Positions 45,501 through 54,670 of a stretch of 62,402 nucleotides of DNA are shown piece after piece; positions within the stretch are counted from its first letter, which is position 1, and the number at the start of each line of letters is the position of its first letter. The notes under the pieces are model-generated. The model was not told the DNA's origin and searched no databases. It saw only the letters and a list, made by a program, of their open reading frames with translations. Source of the DNA: a virus. Taxonomy: Duplodnaviria; Caudoviricetes. The DNA is taken from the IMG/VR virus record IMGVR_UViG_3300032241_001301, positions 1 to 62,402 of that record; one strand, given 5' to 3'. The translations under genes were made by a program, and so were the position numbers.

Positions 45501-48500
45501 GCGAGGCGGCCAGTTTTGAGGGCGTGTCTGCGTCGTTGTCTCGGCAGAATACTGCTGAAACTCCAGTTGTGCCAGTAGTCGTACAGAGCCATACGCCGTT
45601 CTGCGTCTGCGTCGTCTGACCGGCAAACAGCACACGGTCACCCGTTGATGCGCTTATTGTGTATCCATCAACGACAAAAGCCCCCGTCGCCGTGACGGTG
45701 AAGGTATCCACGTTGAGGGGAATGTCATTGGTTGTGTTTGCGCCGGTGGTGACTGTGCCGTTCGGGTTTGCGGCAGAGATACCCGTCGAGACGTAGGTTC
45801 CAGCGATGTTGGACGTGGAGACCACTTGGACCGACTGGTGGAGTTGGAAGTTCACCCACTCAGGGCCGCCGTTGGCGATGTTGCCGTAGGACATGAGCAG
45901 AGAGCCCGCCGAGCCGGTAGCGCCACCACCGTTGGAGGACGTGTCGGTGTAGCCACCGGATGCGTTTCCGAATGGAATAGCACCAGGGGTAAGCCCAACG
46001 TCTTGCGTGACGATGTTGGTGTCAATAACGTACCAACCAGGCGTGGTGGTAGTGAGGTAGCAGAACTGAACCGAACCGCCAGCAGGGATGCTGAAAGTTG
46101 TAAGTGCCGTTGAGTTAAAAGCGTAGATGTTACTGCTGTTGGGGTTGACCGTCAACGTCTGTGTCGAGTTGTTGGTGATGGTGTTAATGGTTGAGTTTTG
46201 AAGTGCGCTAGTTCCGCCGGGTGGGTAGTAGCCCGAAGGCAAGGTGGTCGGTGGAAGATACATCGTGAGGGCTGATGTACCCGTGACAATAGTTTCTTCG
46301 CCAGGGTAGACAGGCGCACCCGAAGTGGTGGAAGCGGAACGAATCTGTGCGTAGTTTGACTGCGACAGAAGGGTGGCGTGAGCCGTGGTTACACCAATAC
46401 CCTGAATAGCACTAACCTTAGTAAGACCCGTATTGGTTAGTGAAACGTCGCCGGAGAAAGACTGCGCCCCCCACTGAGTGCCATTGTAAATAATGGTTTG
46501 ACCCGATGTAGATGGGTTGTTGACGAACTGCGAACCCTGAATGTAATTCTGTGGTCCAGCAGCACCCTGCGAACCATTGGTTCCGTTTGTTCCGGCAACC
46601 CCCTGTGGCCCTTGGGGAATGGCGAAATTCAAAGTTGCGGCACCAGCAGTACCTGTGTTAGTAACTAATGCTGGGTTGCCATACGTAGTGGTGGAAACGG
46701 TGCCTACGGCTACTGATGCCTGTACGCCTTGGTATCCCTGATTTCCCTGCGCACCGTTTGTACCGTTTGTACCGTTATTACCTTGGAACCCTTGGAACCC
46801 TTGGAACCCTTGATTGCCTTGGTTTCCTTTTTGTGATTGCACCAGCCACGTATTGGCATTGTTGTCGTAGACAAATGACACTGAACCGTACACACCGGAC
46901 GCAAGGGTGATAGACCCACCCTGAATAGTGTCGGACCCCGAGGCGCTGATTACTGTCTGGTAAGTAGCCGTAGCAAGGGAAGCAACCGACACGACTGACC
47001 CGTTGCTCGGTGCGCTGGGTAGTGAAATAGTAATACCCGTAGTTGTTGGGTTGCAGACTACGTAGTCATTTGGTAAAGCATTGTAACTGGCGTTGGTAGT
47101 GACCGTTGGAACAAGAAGCGTCGAGGTGGCTGGCGACCATTGGTTCGTAGTAGTGCTGTAGCGCAACACTTGATTGTTTGTAGGCGTTGTATTGGCTACG
47201 GGAAAGCCCTGTATTCCACCAACAACGGGTTTGGGGTATGACCCCGTAAGGTCGCCAGTGGCAACCGTTCCCCACTCGTCTACTTGGAGCAACCACGTGG
47301 TGTTATTTGCGTCGTAGACAAACGAACGGGAGTTGAAGAACCCGTAGGCAAGGGTGGAACTACCGCCCGAAATAACGTCTGAACCACTTGGCGTAATGGT
47401 GACTGTTTGTGTGGCGGTAGAAAGGTTGCATACCGAAACTACTGAACCATTTGCCGGTGTTGCCGGTAGTGAAATGGTGATACCAGCCGACGTGGGATTG
47501 CAAACGACATAATCATTTGGAATTGCCGAATAGTTTGCCGTCTTGGTGGTGGTTGGAATAAGAAGCGTAGATGTTGCCGGTGTCCACGCATTGGTGGACG
47601 AGTTGTAGCGAAGCACTTGGTTGCTCGTGGGGGCAACATTGGAAACCGCAACCCCTTGTATTTTGGCAACGGTGGGGTTAGGGTAGTTTCCGCTAAGGTC
47701 GCCACCAGCAGTGCCATTTGATGGCCCCTGAATACCTTGGTAGCCTTGATAGCCCTGATTTCCCTGAGTTCCTTGGTTGCCCTGATAACCCTGTACCCCT
47801 TGAACCCCTTGTGTACCTTGGTACCCCTGATTTCCCTGTACGCCCTGATAGGTGATTTGTTGGATACTGAAAAGAACACTGTCGCCTGCAGGGACGGTTG
47901 GGCTTGTCTGCGCTGGTATGGCGTAGATGCTTACGCTTGTTGCGGAAGGAACCCAACAAAGTTGGTAGTAGTCGTTGGCGTTTGCTGGAATATTGAACGT
48001 TGCCGTTCCCGATGCAAAGCCGTTTGAGCCAGCGTGTGATGATGGCACGTTGACAACAATGTTGGTAGTTGGAACATCGGCCCCGTTTAGGCGTATCCAA
48101 AGGTCGGCGTTCTGTTCTTGATTACTACTGCTAGTGAAAAATACTTGGTAAGTAAGCGTGTAGTTGCCAGCGTTGGCAATCTTAACTTGCGAACCGTTGC
48201 TTGCCGTTGAGCCAGCATTTACCAACGTAATGCCATTTTGGAAAGCAACACTACCAATGGCGACAATGTTTACTGCGGTGGTAGAACCCGTTTGATTGGT
48301 CGTGTCGTAAAAGCCACCCCAATACGAATTGACACCACCAGCACCCTGAACGCCTTGATAGCCTTGCGCACCGATACCGCCTGCTTGCGTAAAGTTGATA
48401 GGGTCGGTACCAATACGGATTGTTCCGTCAGGGTTGGAACCATCGTCGTATTGCACCCACGTTGTTCCGGCATACAGCGTTCCACTAATGACGAACACAT

Positions 48501-50124
48501 AGTCGCCACTTTCCACCTGACCCGTGACGTGGTTGTTGTAGTCGGTGGCACGGGTAAAGACGTACCTAGTGCTTGCTGAACCCAAACTAGTGACGGTGTA
48601 GATACCATTTTCAGTGGCGTTGGTTCGCCCAGTTAAAAGAACACGGCTGCCTACCGAAAGGGTAACGCCGTCAATTGTTCCAAGTAAGCCGTTGGCGTTT
48701 GCGGTAATGGTTGCCCCAACACCTGTTCCGTTTTCTGCGTCTGCGCTTCCGTTTGCGTAAGTCGCTGGCAAGTTGGTGGTGGAAACGGCATTTACGGCTG
48801 CGTGGACGTTGGCTGAACTAGTTTCGCCTTGTACACCCTGTACACCTTGTGTTCCTTGTACGCCTTGTGTTCCCTGAACACCCTGATTTCCTTGATTGCC
48901 CTGTGAACCAGTGTTTCCCTGAACACCTTGTACCCCCTGCGCACCAGTGAAACCTTGGTTTCCTTGTGCGCCGGTGAAACCTTGGTTTCCCTGCAAGCCC
49001 TGAAAACCCTGATTACCAGTTGTTCCGGTTACGCCTTGATAACCCTGCGCCCCTTGATTTCCTTGATTACCCTGAAATCCTTGTGTACCTTGTACGCCGG
49101 TAGCACCTTGAACGCCTTGAACACCCTGTGACCCGTTGGTTCCAGCAGTACCCTGTGTACCCTGATTGCCTTGCGCACCTTGTGCGCCGGTAGCGCCCGT
49201 GGTGCCAGTTGCGCCTTGTGAGCCTGTTGCGCCAGTAGACCCCTGAGCGCCAGTAGACCCCTGATAACCCGTTGAACCTTGGTTCCCTTGGTTCCCTTGG
49301 AACCCTTGGAACCCTTGGAACCCTTGGAACCCTTGATTGCCTTGGTTTCCTTGTGAGCCGGTGTTGCCCTGATTACCCTGAAAACCTTGGAACCCCTGTG
49401 TTCCTTGGTTTCCTTGATTGCCTTGGGAGCCGGTAGTTCCTTGGTAGCCCTGATTGCCTTGGCTACCCTGCGAGCCGGTGGAGCCTTGCGCACCAGTGGC
49501 TCCCTGAACACCTTGATACCCCTGAGTGCCTTGTGAGCCGGTTTGACCTTGGTAGCCCTGTGCGCCATTGCTACCTTGTGAACCAGTAGAACCTTGAACG
49601 CCTTGCGGTCCTTGCTGACCGTAAACAGTCAGGTATTCCAATGTAGAACCGTCTGGGCTAACACCTAATACTTGATTAGGGCTTCCGATTGGCAACGCCT
49701 CGAGAGTGTTTTCACTAGCCCCAATAAGAAGGTCGCCGTAGTTTTGGATTTGACCAACGGTTTGGGATACTGAGTAGTTGGCTTCGGAAATGTCCGTCGA
49801 GGTGATAATTGGAACAACGGCTACACCTACATCGTGAGGAACGCCATTTCCACCATTGTCGTATCCACGAACAACATCATTTAATACAACGGTAGAACTT
49901 GCCCAATCGTATGAACCTGCTGGAACGTAAATGTGTTCTTCATTGACCGTGTTGTAGTCAATGGCTAGGTAGAAACCACCCGAAACTCCCAAACCTGTCC
50001 ACGAGCCAATACCCTCGGTAAAGGTTAGTGAAATAGTAGTGTCAGTCGGACCAATGGGCGTGGTCAATATGGAGGCGTAAGGGTCGCCTACATAACTATT
50101 TAGTGTGTACGGTGTACGTGCCAT
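42547..50124 (-). CDS. Collagen-like fibre / adhesin protein (2525 aa)
   Basis: Long Gly-X-Gln triplet tracts; GDRVL..GQ.....NG.W fibre modules; repeated TQTLTNKTI...GVTG.LP..NGG shaft motifs. Confidence 0.85.
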   Translation of the reverse strand: MARTPYTLNSYVGDPYASILTTPIGPTDTTISLTFTEGIGSWTGLGVSGGFYLAIDYNTVNEEHIYVPAGSYDWASSTVVLNDVVRGYDNGGNGVPHDVGVAVVPIITSTDISEANYSVSQTVGQIQNYGDLLIGASENTLEALPIGSPNQVLGVSPDGSTLEYLTVYGQQGPQGVQGSTGSQGSNGAQGYQGQTGSQGTQGYQGVQGATGAQGSTGSQGSQGNQGYQGTTGSQGNQGNQGTQGFQGFQGNQGNTGSQGNQGNQGFQGFQGFQGFQGNQGNQGSTGYQGSTGAQGSTGATGSQGATGTTGATGAQGAQGNQGTQGTAGTNGSQGVQGVQGATGVQGTQGFQGNQGNQGAQGYQGVTGTTGNQGFQGLQGNQGFTGAQGNQGFTGAQGVQGVQGNTGSQGNQGNQGVQGTQGVQGTQGVQGVQGETSSANVHAAVNAVSTTNLPATYANGSADAENGTGVGATITANANGLLGTIDGVTLSVGSRVLLTGRTNATENGIYTVTSLGSASTRYVFTRATDYNNHVTGQVESGDYVFVISGTLYAGTTWVQYDDGSNPDGTIRIGTDPINFTQAGGIGAQGYQGVQGAGGVNSYWGGFYDTTNQTGSTTAVNIVAIGSVAFQNGITLVNAGSTASNGSQVKIANAGNYTLTYQVFFTSSSNQEQNADLWIRLNGADVPTTNIVVNVPSSHAGSNGFASGTATFNIPANANDYYQLCWVPSATSVSIYAIPAQTSPTVPAGDSVLFSIQQITYQGVQGNQGYQGTQGVQGVQGYQGNQGTQGNQGYQGYQGIQGPSNGTAGGDLSGNYPNPTVAKIQGVAVSNVAPTSNQVLRYNSSTNAWTPATSTLLIPTTTKTANYSAIPNDYVVCNPTSAGITISLPATPANGSVVSVCNLSTATQTVTITPSGSDVISGGSSTLAYGFFNSRSFVYDANNTTWLLQVDEWGTVATGDLTGSYPKPVVGGIQGFPVANTTPTNNQVLRYSTTTNQWSPATSTLLVPTVTTNASYNALPNDYVVCNPTTTGITISLPSAPSNGSVVSVASLATATYQTVISASGSDTIQGGSITLASGVYGSVSFVYDNNANTWLVQSQKGNQGNQGFQGFQGFQGNNGTNGTNGAQGNQGYQGVQASVAVGTVSTTTYGNPALVTNTGTAGAATLNFAIPQGPQGVAGTNGTNGSQGAAGPQNYIQGSQFVNNPSTSGQTIIYNGTQWGAQSFSGDVSLTNTGLTKVSAIQGIGVTTAHATLLSQSNYAQIRSASTTSGAPVYPGEETIVTGTSALTMYLPPTTLPSGYYPPGGTSALQNSTINTITNNSTQTLTVNPNSSNIYAFNSTALTTFSIPAGGSVQFCYLTTTTPGWYVIDTNIVTQDVGLTPGAIPFGNASGGYTDTSSNGGGATGSAGSLLMSYGNIANGGPEWVNFQLHQSVQVVSTSNIAGTYVSTGISAANPNGTVTTGANTTNDIPLNVDTFTVTATGAFVVDGYTISASTGDRVLFAGQTTQTQNGVWLCTTTGTTGVSAVFCRDNDADTPSKLAASLIQVNQGTTYGGTTWQIALANTASATLGTTAIPVYQVFSSKSVTGAGSVVLSASPIINNPTIVSPTFTNAGGTTYPGTASFSTGSGGNATITAPSGQSTNTTFSLPTLVGSTDTVAAIAATQTLTNKTINGSNNTITNVSLTSGVTGTLPAANGGVGSYTPSAGAVVFGNGSGGYTDTSSNGGGAGSAGQLLTSYGNIANGGPEWVSYTIHEPVSAVAQSNVSGTYVVGQTLTITAASYGANNAVYTYTTTGITPVAGTLVTITGMTPSSLNGTYVINSATSTTFTTYSTNGAGGTATGFGTAQIGNLTLDYPLATDMFFGPTGTFTADGIIASLGTRYLFTGQSTATQNGIWNATQVFTGTSSTIAVSNASWSAGTITFFQTGNVFGTLGLSVGQYISVTGATVTGYNGVWKIATISSGAITTAGLVFNPGTASVTFGYVNAPVVFTRDNDADTPAKLAASLVNVQSGTALGGAVYQIPFSSSGTLGVSAINPYSLITSNSSLSNTNKNFSISGFYLQGTGSSTLLNVSATTTTGGGTLYTPPFIGGSDILVSLSSTATLTNKTLSAPLLTGAVSFSGANTGTVTLAAALTASGSLTLPNGPDTLAGVAANQTLTNKNISGTNNTISNVSLTTGVTGALPIANGGTGTSTVPSTGSIPYAVSGTVLGYIPSSNPTYNSEFLASTGATQVPSWVSGTGTGLVVQQNSPQISGILTLGLFGNTIQMNSTGNVLNLVQNGFTLTHPAVTDTVAAIAATQTLTNKTINGSNNTITNVSLTTGVTGVLPVANGGTNLSAVGVAGSTLQTNAAGTGLIYRLATPTAIPSSLQSLTASSDNILTGSVWPLTVAGDISVNSCWEWDVQLIKTGAGTATWSMNVRVGTTTSGATTDTSIATWTSGTNTAAIDQSAIRVVAMCTAITTGTATFACAAFAQNELTSSTGLGLFASPIPGSTGTVTVSTAQSIHLDVTPGSSAVMTSLAFVKRLA
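48826..49622 (-). repeat. Collagen-like 9-bp tandem repeat (G-x-Q)n
   Basis: Runs such as ccttggaac/ccttgattg on the plus strand encode GFQ/GNQ/GAQ; shorter tracts at ~46720-46830 and ~47720-47850. Confidence 0.9.
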
Positions 50125-50145
50125 TTCACCCTCGACGGGTCATCC

Positions 50146-50862
50146 TTAGTTGCTCAGCAACCACGTTGGCGTGACCTTCAAGGTGTCATTAGCCCCAAGG
50201 ATAGGTCCATTGTTCGACCCCGAACTGTCGGCAAAATTGGACGCAAAGTAGATGTTTCCACCAGTACCGGAGGGGTCGTCGGTGATGAAATATCCGTTCA
50301 CTTGGGGCCATGTTCCATAGGCGGTGAACGTAACTTGGCTACCTGTGGACTTTTGACCGTTTACGCTATCGCCAATGTAGACAGTAGTGCCATTCCCCCA
50401 AGCGAAATTGGAAATTGGTGATGAAAGAGTGACTGACGAACCGTTGATGCCGGTGATGACCCGAATATCGTCAATGCCGGTTCCAAAACCAATGTCTATT
50501 GTCATTCCAACAGCCACGCCAGCGGTGCTAGAAAGTCCAATCAACCAATCGCCAATGTTTGCGTTGCCAGATGTAGTGGTGGAAATGTCTGGCACGATGT
50601 ATGACGTAGCAGTAGTGACTTCATTCCACGTCACGGGCTGACGGGAATAACCAGATGCCAAGTTGCCACCACTGCCCCAGATTTCGTACCCATTGTCGTT
50701 TAGCAAGTAAAGGGTTTGGGTGGGGTCAGGAACGGTAGTGCCACTAAATCCGGTGAAAAGACCAACGTAGTACGCAGCCCCGTGAAGGGTAGAACCAGAC
50801 GTAGGAATCAAAAGTTGGTTGAAAATGGCGGTCAGCCCTTGATTAAAGAATACTTGCGCCAT
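50146..50862 (-). CDS. Structural protein (fibre-base-like) with an inserted beta module
   Basis: YVGLFT...GYSRQ.V.W...VTF..Y.TW..VNGYFI...G..YF...DTLKVT. Confidence 0.65.
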   Translation of the reverse strand: MAQVFFNQGLTAIFNQLLIPTSGSTLHGAAYYVGLFTGFSGTTVPDPTQTLYLLNDNGYEIWGSGGNLASGYSRQPVTWNEVTTATSYIVPDISTTTSGNANIGDWLIGLSSTAGVAVGMTIDIGFGTGIDDIRVITGINGSSVTLSSPISNFAWGNGTTVYIGDSVNGQKSTGSQVTFTAYGTWPQVNGYFITDDPSGTGGNIYFASNFADSSGSNNGPILGANDTLKVTPTWLLSN

Positions 50863-50888
50863 TTATGCTCCCGTAGGTTTCGTTGTTC

Positions 50889-51383
50889 CTATTCTTTCAC
50901 AACATTTGGATTTTCTAGCAACGCCCCTATTTTACTATGCAATTTGTGGATTTCGTGGGTAAGTCGGGTGTTGGTAGAAAGTTCCCGTTCGACCTTTTGG
51001 AGCATTTCTGAGATTTCCCGTGAAAGGTTTAAGTGCGCTGTTGACTGCTCAGCAGCAATTGCATCAGCACGTTTGGCTGCGATAAGCAGGATTGACCCTT
51101 GTAGTCCAGCCAACATAGAAAGAAACAAGTTCAGCAAAATGAAGGGATAGGGGTCGAACCCCTTATTGTTGAGCCAATAGACATTGACACTTGCCCAAAT
51201 CACCATAAACGATAGAAACGACGCTACAAATCCCCAACTACCCATTTTGTTTCGTACCGCATCGGCTGCTTTTTCACCACGGGTTAGTTCGCCCCCCGTG
51301 CGTACATACGGGTGGTCGTTCCACGGATTAGACGGGTCGTTCCAATCCGGTGTGGTTCCGTCGGTCCAAATGTCGTTAGACAT
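50889..51383 (-). CDS. DUF1003-family membrane protein
   Basis: GEK.AD.V...MGSW.F...FDPYPFILLNLFLS.LA..Q...L. Confidence 0.88.
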   Translation of the reverse strand: MSNDIWTDGTTPDWNDPSNPWNDHPYVRTGGELTRGEKAADAVRNKMGSWGFVASFLSFMVIWASVNVYWLNNKGFDPYPFILLNLFLSMLAGLQGSILLIAAKRADAIAAEQSTAHLNLSREISEMLQKVERELSTNTRLTHEIHKLHSKIGALLENPNVVKE

Positions 51384-51741
51384 TTAGCATTTCCGCCCTT
51401 GTGATTATTTTCACATTGGTAAGTAGTTCCAGTACTTCGGGACGGTGCTTGTGGTACGCATACACGGGAATACCCGACGCTACAGCGCAGGTGATTTCTA
51501 CTTTGGAACCCTCACTGCGTGACCAGCCCGGGAGGACTACGACGGCATCACATTTCAGTAGTTGTTCCAAATGCGACTTCATCAACGAGGCAAGTTGTTC
51601 AGGGGTTTCTGATGCTACGTTGGATTCAGCAGGGCAATACACGTCATTGCCTTTATTCCGTAGACGTAGGCGTGCTTCCTCAAATGCTGAAAAGTTATGG
51701 TGTGGGATACCCCTCATGGGGCCAGAAATGAATAACCGCAT
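51376..51741 (-). CDS. DUF4406 / nucleoside 2-deoxyribosyltransferase-like protein
   Basis: FISGPMRG..HNF..F...CDAVVVLPGW.RS.G...E. Confidence 0.85.
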   Translation of the reverse strand: MRLFISGPMRGIPHHNFSAFEEARLRLRNKGNDVYCPAESNVASETPEQLASLMKSHLEQLLKCDAVVVLPGWSRSEGSKVEITCAVASGIPVYAYHKHRPEVLELLTNVKIITRAEMLNV

Positions 51742-51776
51742 AGTCAAATACAACGATACCTGACGTATTTGTAAAT

Positions 51777-52034
51777 CTACTTCTTAGCAGTAGCCTTAGC
51801 CTTCTTGGCAGTGGTGATTGGAACCACAACCTCGTCGGGCGTTTCGTCAACGGGGGTTTCCACCACAGTTTGCGATAGTTCTTCGATTTCCGCCTTTGTC
51901 AAAGGAATAAGGAAATCAGTACTTACTAGAACGGTGGTGTTATTCCAACCTGAAGCGTCTACAAGGTCGCCAACGTGGTAATCAACGGAACCGGCAGGAA
52001 GGAATTTAGCGACACGGTGAGTGGGTGTAGTCAT
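51777..52034 (-). CDS. Small capsid-adjacent protein
   Basis: Y.VGDLVDAS.W.N...LV....L motif and a Lys-rich tail; immediately downstream of the major capsid gene. Confidence 0.65.
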   Translation of the reverse strand: MTTPTHRVAKFLPAGSVDYHVGDLVDASGWNNTTVLVSTDFLIPLTKAEIEELSQTVVETPVDETPDEVVVPITTAKKAKATAKK

Positions 52035-52061
52035 ACTTTTCACTATACCACACTATAAAGC

Positions 52062-52094
52062 AGAAACCCCCCACCCGTGGGGGCAGGGGGTTCC
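52062..52094 (-). terminator. Terminator after the major capsid gene
   Basis: GAACCCCCTGCCC...GGGTGGGGGGTTTCT on the minus strand. Confidence 0.7.
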
Positions 52095-52113
52095 CACTTG
52101 AGACTTTTGGAAC

Positions 52114-53112
52114 TTAGATAATGCTGTTCCAGAAGAAGCCGAGGTCGGCAGCGACAACCTTGTCGTCGAAAGCGATTTCACCTTCAACACGGTCAGCCTT
52201 GAGTTCTTCCATACGGAAGCGGCTAACACCGACGGTCGTACCAAGACCACCCGAAACACCAGTCCACATGAACGTGTAACCAGCCGAAGGGGTCATCAGA
52301 CCGGGGTTAGGAGCCGAGTAGCACAGCAAGGCGTTGGTGTTCGCCGTGAAGTTGTACGAACCAGCAACACCCTCGTCAGACGTGTTCACGACTGCCTTAG
52401 CAACCAGCACACGGTCGAGGCCGAACAACTGCGCAAGCAGGTCTTCGGTCACGATGGCACCGGCTTGGGTGTACTTGTAGCGGTCAACCAGCGTAGGGTG
52501 GGCCTTCAACTTCTGAAAGACAGGGTACGACAACACCAAGGTGTTGGGTTCGTAACCAGTGTTCTGAAGCACGGTGTACTTGGCGTACTCAACGTCCACG
52601 ATAGGCAGGGCGTTGGTGTAGTCCGACCACTTGATGGTGCTGTTCGTACCAGGAACGTAGGTAGTACCACCCGAAGAGTAGGCACCGGCTACGGCATCCG
52701 TACCCCACACGCCACCTTGGAAGAAGTCAGTCGCCCACTGAATCTCACGGCGGAGAAGCAGACGCTGGGTGACGAACTGAGTCGCTTCCATGTCGGGGTT
52801 GAGGGGGTTGTCGGCGTTAGCACGGGTCTGGTCACCAATGTCCTTGTGGAAGGCGAACACGTCGGCTTGGTAGGTGTCCGTGGTAAGACCGTAGCCTGAA
52901 CCAGCGGAAGCCGTACCGTCAGCACGACGCTGAGCCTCGTCACGGAACCAGTCGTCCTTGGTGTACTTGAAGTACAGGTTGGACTTCTTGTCAACAGGAA
53001 TCACGGGGAAAACCTTGTCGGCAATAAAGTTGTTGGTGTTCTGCAAGTACGCAACCGAGATGTTGGTCAAGATTGCGTCAATGTGAACATTGTTTACGTT
53101 GGGCTGTGGCAT
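52114..53112 (-). CDS. Major capsid protein
   Basis: HIDAILTNISVAY.....FIADKVFP..PV.K...PNTLVL......LK.HP...G.FW; strongly biased codon usage. Confidence 0.9.
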   Translation of the reverse strand: MPQPNVNNVHIDAILTNISVAYLQNTNNFIADKVFPVIPVDKKSNLYFKYTKDDWFRDEAQRRADGTASAGSGYGLTTDTYQADVFAFHKDIGDQTRANADNPLNPDMEATQFVTQRLLLRREIQWATDFFQGGVWGTDAVAGAYSSGGTTYVPGTNSTIKWSDYTNALPIVDVEYAKYTVLQNTGYEPNTLVLSYPVFQKLKAHPTLVDRYKYTQAGAIVTEDLLAQLFGLDRVLVAKAVVNTSDEGVAGSYNFTANTNALLCYSAPNPGLMTPSAGYTFMWTGVSGGLGTTVGVSRFRMEELKADRVEGEIAFDDKVVAADLGFFWNSII

Positions 53113-53134
53113 TTTATTTCACTAGCCTTTCTGA

Positions 53135-53845
53135 CTAAGCCACACGACCGGCAGCGGCGGTAGCAACAGCGACGGTAATAACGTCGCCAGCACCAGTGCT
53201 GGGGGTCAAAGCGGTTCCGAGTACAAAGTAGGAGTTGGGGGCGTAGGTAGTGCTGGAAGCAAACGTCGCCGTAACGGCACGACCCTGCGAGTCAATGGTG
53301 ATAGCGTCACCGGCGGTAACAACACCACCAGAAATAACCTTGCTAACACCAGAAACCGTGATTTCCGCCTCCGAGAAGCCCTCCACCGCCGAGGTGGCGT
53401 TCAACTTGGTGATGGGCTGGTTCTGGAGAATACCAATCGGGCGGTCCGTCGAAGCCGATACCGCCGTGGCAACGGGGCCATTCTGGTAAGGCTGTGACGA
53501 AGGAATCACCGTCAAGGTGCAAGACGACTGGGCAGACGTAGCAGGCGTAGAGATGTTGATGCTGTACGTCGTACCGTTGATGGCGATGTTGGTGATAAAG
53601 GCACCCGTGGGGATACCCGTACCGGCGACGCTGGCACCAGTGACCAGACCAACCAGCGACGAAACGCCAGTAATTGAGGTCGTACCGGAAACGACGTTGC
53701 CGGTGATGGTGGCAGTCTTACCAGCAATCTTCACAAACTTGAACTGCGCCGACGAGGACACAGAGCCGTTAGTGATGGTGCTAGCAAGCGAGTTGTCAGC
53801 CGTAAGGGAAATCTTTACGGCGTAGGGGTTCTGTTCAAAAGCCAT
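53135..53845 (-). CDS. Capsid cement/decoration protein (DUF2190-like) with an inserted beta module
   Basis: QFKFVK...PIGILQN.P...G.SKV..G.V.AGD....D..GRA...G.AL...AGDVI.V. Confidence 0.75.
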   Translation of the reverse strand: MAFEQNPYAVKISLTADNSLASTITNGSVSSSAQFKFVKIAGKTATITGNVVSGTTSITGVSSLVGLVTGASVAGTGIPTGAFITNIAINGTTYSINISTPATSAQSSCTLTVIPSSQPYQNGPVATAVSASTDRPIGILQNQPITKLNATSAVEGFSEAEITVSGVSKVISGGVVTAGDAITIDSQGRAVTATFASSTTYAPNSYFVLGTALTPSTGAGDVITVAVATAAAGRVA

Positions 53846-53848
53846 GGA

Positions 53849-54670
53849 CTATCGAGCCTTCTCGTTGAGGTACTGCGTGTAAAGGTCGGGGTTCGACTGC
53901 GCAACAGCCATCAAAGCAGCCTCAAACGAAGGAGCCGTGCCGGAAGCAACAGCAGCCTTAGCGAGGTTCTCCATCTTGGAGAAAGCGTCGTCGGAGGGAA
54001 CAACAGCGTCCGAACCGATTTCAGTAAAGACGGCGTTAGCGTCCATAAGGGCGTTAGCGCTGTCCAGTGCCTTGACAACTTCGTTGGCGAGGATACCGTC
54101 GGACTCGGCAAGGCGACGAAGCGCCGGACCGACAACGGTGGGGTCAATGTTGAGGTGCGACCAGCCAGCAGCCTTGATAACCGCAGCCTCATCAGCACGG
54201 GCTTCACGCTCGGCAATGAGGGCGGCTTCCGAAGCAGCGGCCTTACGAAGAGCAGCCTCGGCGGATGCCGAAGCCTCGTCCAACATCTTGCGGATAGCCT
54301 GCGGCATAGCCTTCAAAATGTCGGCCTCGTTCGCAGCCTCTGGGTAGATGGTCACATCGGTGTCCATCGCAGAAAACTGTGACATAATTTCTTCTTTCTT
54401 GAAATTATTGAGGGTTTCCAAAACGGCGTATGCCGCCTTGGCGGTTTCCAACTCAAACGTTTCCGTGGTTTCCACCACAGGCGCTTCCGCAACCACGTTT
54501 TCAACGACGGGCGCTTCGGCAACGATTTCAGTAGGACGGATTTCGTCAAGCAGGGCAGATGCTTCTTCTGGGTTTGCAGACTTCATAACGACCCAACCAT
54601 CGTGGAGGTGCGCAGGGTGGTCAACACCCGACGTTTCCTTGATGCTCAGGCGTACTAGTTTGCGAGCCAT
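53849..54670 (-). CDS. Capsid scaffold protein with an XkdF-like N-terminal motif
   Basis: Start at ATG 54670; L..L.I.E.SGVDHPA...W.VMKS, then an Ala/Glu coiled coil, F.EIGS and C-terminal NPDLY..Y. Confidence 0.75.
   Translation of the reverse strand: MARKLVRLSIKETSGVDHPAHLHDGWVVMKSANPEEASALLDEIRPTEIVAEAPVVENVVAEAPVVETTETFELETAKAAYAVLETLNNFKKEEIMSQFSAMDTDVTIYPEAANEADILKAMPQAIRKMLDEASASAEAALRKAAASEAALIAEREARADEAAVIKAAGWSHLNIDPTVVGPALRRLAESDGILANEVVKALDSANALMDANAVFTEIGSDAVVPSDDAFSKMENLAKAAVASGTAPSFEAALMAVAQSNPDLYTQYLNEKAR

Noticed and set aside
48826-49622. Dense short repeats as a CRISPR array or satellite
   Set aside because: They have 9-bp periodicity in frame with a Gly-X-Gln collagen tract and no unique spacers.
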